Shown here in pieces: positions 56,157 to 56,805 of a stretch of DNA of 56,805 nucleotides (its first letter is position 1; each line of letters starts with the position of its first letter). A program made the position numbers and the translations under genes. The notes below the pieces were generated by a model, which saw only the letters and a program-made list of their open reading frames with translations, did no database searches and had not been told where the DNA came from. The stretch comes from a virus (taxonomy: Duplodnaviria; Caudoviricetes), in IMG/VR virus record IMGVR_UViG_3300044615_000557, positions 1 through 56,805 of that record; one strand, 5' to 3'.

Positions 56157-56805
56157 ATGCCACTAGATTTCCCCGCAAACCCCTCAGCGAACGAGCCATA
56201 CACCTACAACGGCACCACATGGGTGTTCAATGGAGCCGCATGGGCAAAGGTACAAGTCGGTGTTACGGGTCCGACAGGTGCTGCCGGAACAACTGGCTCT
56301 ACTGGTCCGACAGGTCCGACGGGTCCGACGGGGCCAACGGGTTCCACGGGGCCAACTGGTGCTACGGGTCCGACAGGGCCACAAGGAACAACCGGCAACG
56401 GAGTCACCGGATTCGTAGTTGATACTGGGGGACTGTACTATTGGTACATGGGTCCGACAGGTGCGACATTCGGTGCGAGGCAATATGCGGGTGCCGTAGG
56501 GGCGGCGGGTATTGACTCGCTTCAGGAACTGACCGATGTCAACATCACTACGCTGACCCTTACAAACAATCAGGTTTTGGCGTACAACCAGAGCAGCGGA
56601 AGATGGGTCAATGCCGATCCTTCTGCGGGAAGCAAAGGACCGACAGGATCTACGGGACCAACTGGGCCAACTGGACCGCAGGGACCGATTGGACCGACAG
56701 GGAACACGGGAGACACAGGACCAATCGGACCAATCGGACCGACAGGGAACACGGGAGACACCGGACCAATCGGACCAATCGGACCGACAGGGAACACTGG
56801 ACCAA
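56157..56805 (+). CDS. Second collagen-like fibre protein, 3'-truncated by window edge
   Basis: Not in ORF track (no stop); MPLDFPANP...[16 protein letters not shown]-terminus; GPT repeats; TAAATA at 56146; ~45-nt tandem units near the end. Confidence 0.8.
   Translation, partial: MPLDFPANPSANEPYTYNGTTWVFNGAAWAKVQVGVTGPTGAAGTTGSTGPTGPTGPTGPTGSTGPTGATGPTGPQGTTGNGVTGFVVDTGGLYYWYMGPTGATFGARQYAGAVGAAGIDSLQELTDVNITTLTLTNNQVLAYNQSSGRWVNADPSAGSKGPTGSTGPTGPTGPQGPIGPTGNTGDTGPIGPIGPTGNTGDTGPIGPIGPTGNTGP

Noticed and set aside
54531-56805. GGACC-rich repeats as a CRISPR array
   Set aside because: In-frame Gly-X-Y collagen codons, no unique spacers and no cas genes
1-56805. Stop-codon reassignment or prophage/integration features
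   Set aside because: Core genes are full-length in the standard code; no suppressor tRNA, integrase or host genes are seen

Overview
This 56.8 kb window is a fragment of a large T4-like (Tevenvirinae/Kyanoviridae-like gene content) myophage genome. Every credible gene is on the + strand. It contains the T4 replication core (gp45, gp44, gp62, regA, gp43, uvsX, gp41, gp61), nucleotide genes (dUTPase, thyX, 5'-nucleotidase), a DNA methyltransferase, eight tRNAs and a tmRNA. An ~11.5 kb glycan-biosynthesis island, partly lower in GC, sits between uvsX and gp41. Collagen-like fibre genes lie at the right end. Two promoter classes are readable: sigma70-type TTGAC-N16/17-TAnnnT and T4-late-type (C/T)TAAATA. 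A Phycisphaerae-style dockerin motif suggests a planctomycete host (inference). The most notable observations are: (1) a 181-nt group I intron inside the anticodon (35/36) of tRNA-Lys(UUU); (2) a 1286-aa polyprotein fusing an HxGH nucleotidyltransferase, a RimK-like ATP-grasp ligase, a RimB-like aspartic protease and a DUF3140-like domain, next to a KWDG ligase-like gene; (3) a family of late genes, several encoding enzymes, with T4 capsid-targeting-like N-termini, suggesting a packaged and injected enzyme cargo; (4) dispersed, phased GC-dinucleotide tracts overprinted on unrelated coding genes; (5) near-total avoidance of AGCT/ACGT that even remodels tRNA D-stems; (6) a tRNA-Ile(UAU) with a long variable arm. 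All family assignments come from motif recognition by eye, not database searches.
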